NCBI GenBank assembly: GCA_965237405.1
Contig: OZ250139.1
Location: forward strand, 2,949,661 to 3,013,660
Reading direction: 5' to 3'
Length of the DNA: 64,000 nucleotides
Origin: Vicinamibacterales bacterium
Lineage (GTDB): Bacteria > Acidobacteriota > Vicinamibacteria > Vicinamibacterales > UBA8438
The translations under genes and the position numbers were made by a program. The notes beneath the pieces are model-generated. The model was not told where the DNA came from. It saw only the letters and a list, made by a program, of their open reading frames with translations, and did no database searches. Below are positions 63,864 through 64,000 of the stretch, in pieces. The number at the start of each line of letters is the position of its first letter. Position 1 is the stretch's first letter.

Positions 63864-64000
63864 CTAGCGGAGGTACCCAAGGCTCCGAAGACGTTGCAAC
63901 TCATCGGGGCTTAATCCCTCAGCCGCATCCTCATCGGTTTGTAGCTTTCGAGCTTCCATGTAACGCAGCCGGTCGGCCAACTCCCCCTTGAGCCGATCGA
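63864..64000 (-). CDS. 3' end of a gene continuing beyond the window (unknown product)
   Basis: Minus-strand translation DRLKGELADRLRYMEARKLQTDEDAAEGLSPDELQRLRSLGYLR*. The open frame reaches the window edge. Confidence 0.35.
   Translation of the reverse strand, partial: DRLKGELADRLRYMEARKLQTDEDAAEGLSPDELQRLRSLGYLR

Overview
This is a high-GC (roughly 60-65%) bacterial segment. It is most likely Acidobacteriota, judged from an acidobacterial-type VWA protein, DUF1592/DUF1552 pairs and several CRTAC1/ASPIC proteins; that assignment is an inference, not a search result.

Left third (1-18.8 kb): a recombination hot spot. It holds a tyrosine integrase next to an orphan tRNA-Asn 3' half (an att junction). 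A short module (AT-rich leader plus HGG-motif gene) recurs four times, each copy broken differently. There are two diverged paralogues of a large secreted PHP-type metallohydrolase and a possible ADP-ribosyltransferase-like gene split by an in-frame TAG. A mer-like metal module (MerR / thioredoxin-like x2 / HMA lipoprotein / MerT-like) carries a frameshift, a TAG, a TGA at the first Cys of the CxxC motif, and an intact IS3-family insertion with a 4-bp target duplication. Many orphan gene fragments lie between these genes.

Right two thirds (18.8-64 kb): almost all predicted proteins are exported. A three-gene module (mono-haem DUF1592-family protein, TAT-exported DUF1552 protein, secreted ankyrin-repeat protein) occurs twice. 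There are four full-length PQQ-type beta-propeller dehydrogenases plus one fragment, and a fifth PQQ sugar dehydrogenase lies at 2.7 kb. Also present are a lactonase, an aquaporin, a PhoD-like phosphatase, a cyclase-family protein, two NHL propellers, three CRTAC1/FG-GAP proteins, a membrane-anchored pentahaem-TPR protein, a C-N hydrolase, a serine hydrolase and a VWA protein.

I saw no rRNA, no complete tRNA and no CRISPR array. All homology statements come from motif recognition by eye. No database search was run.
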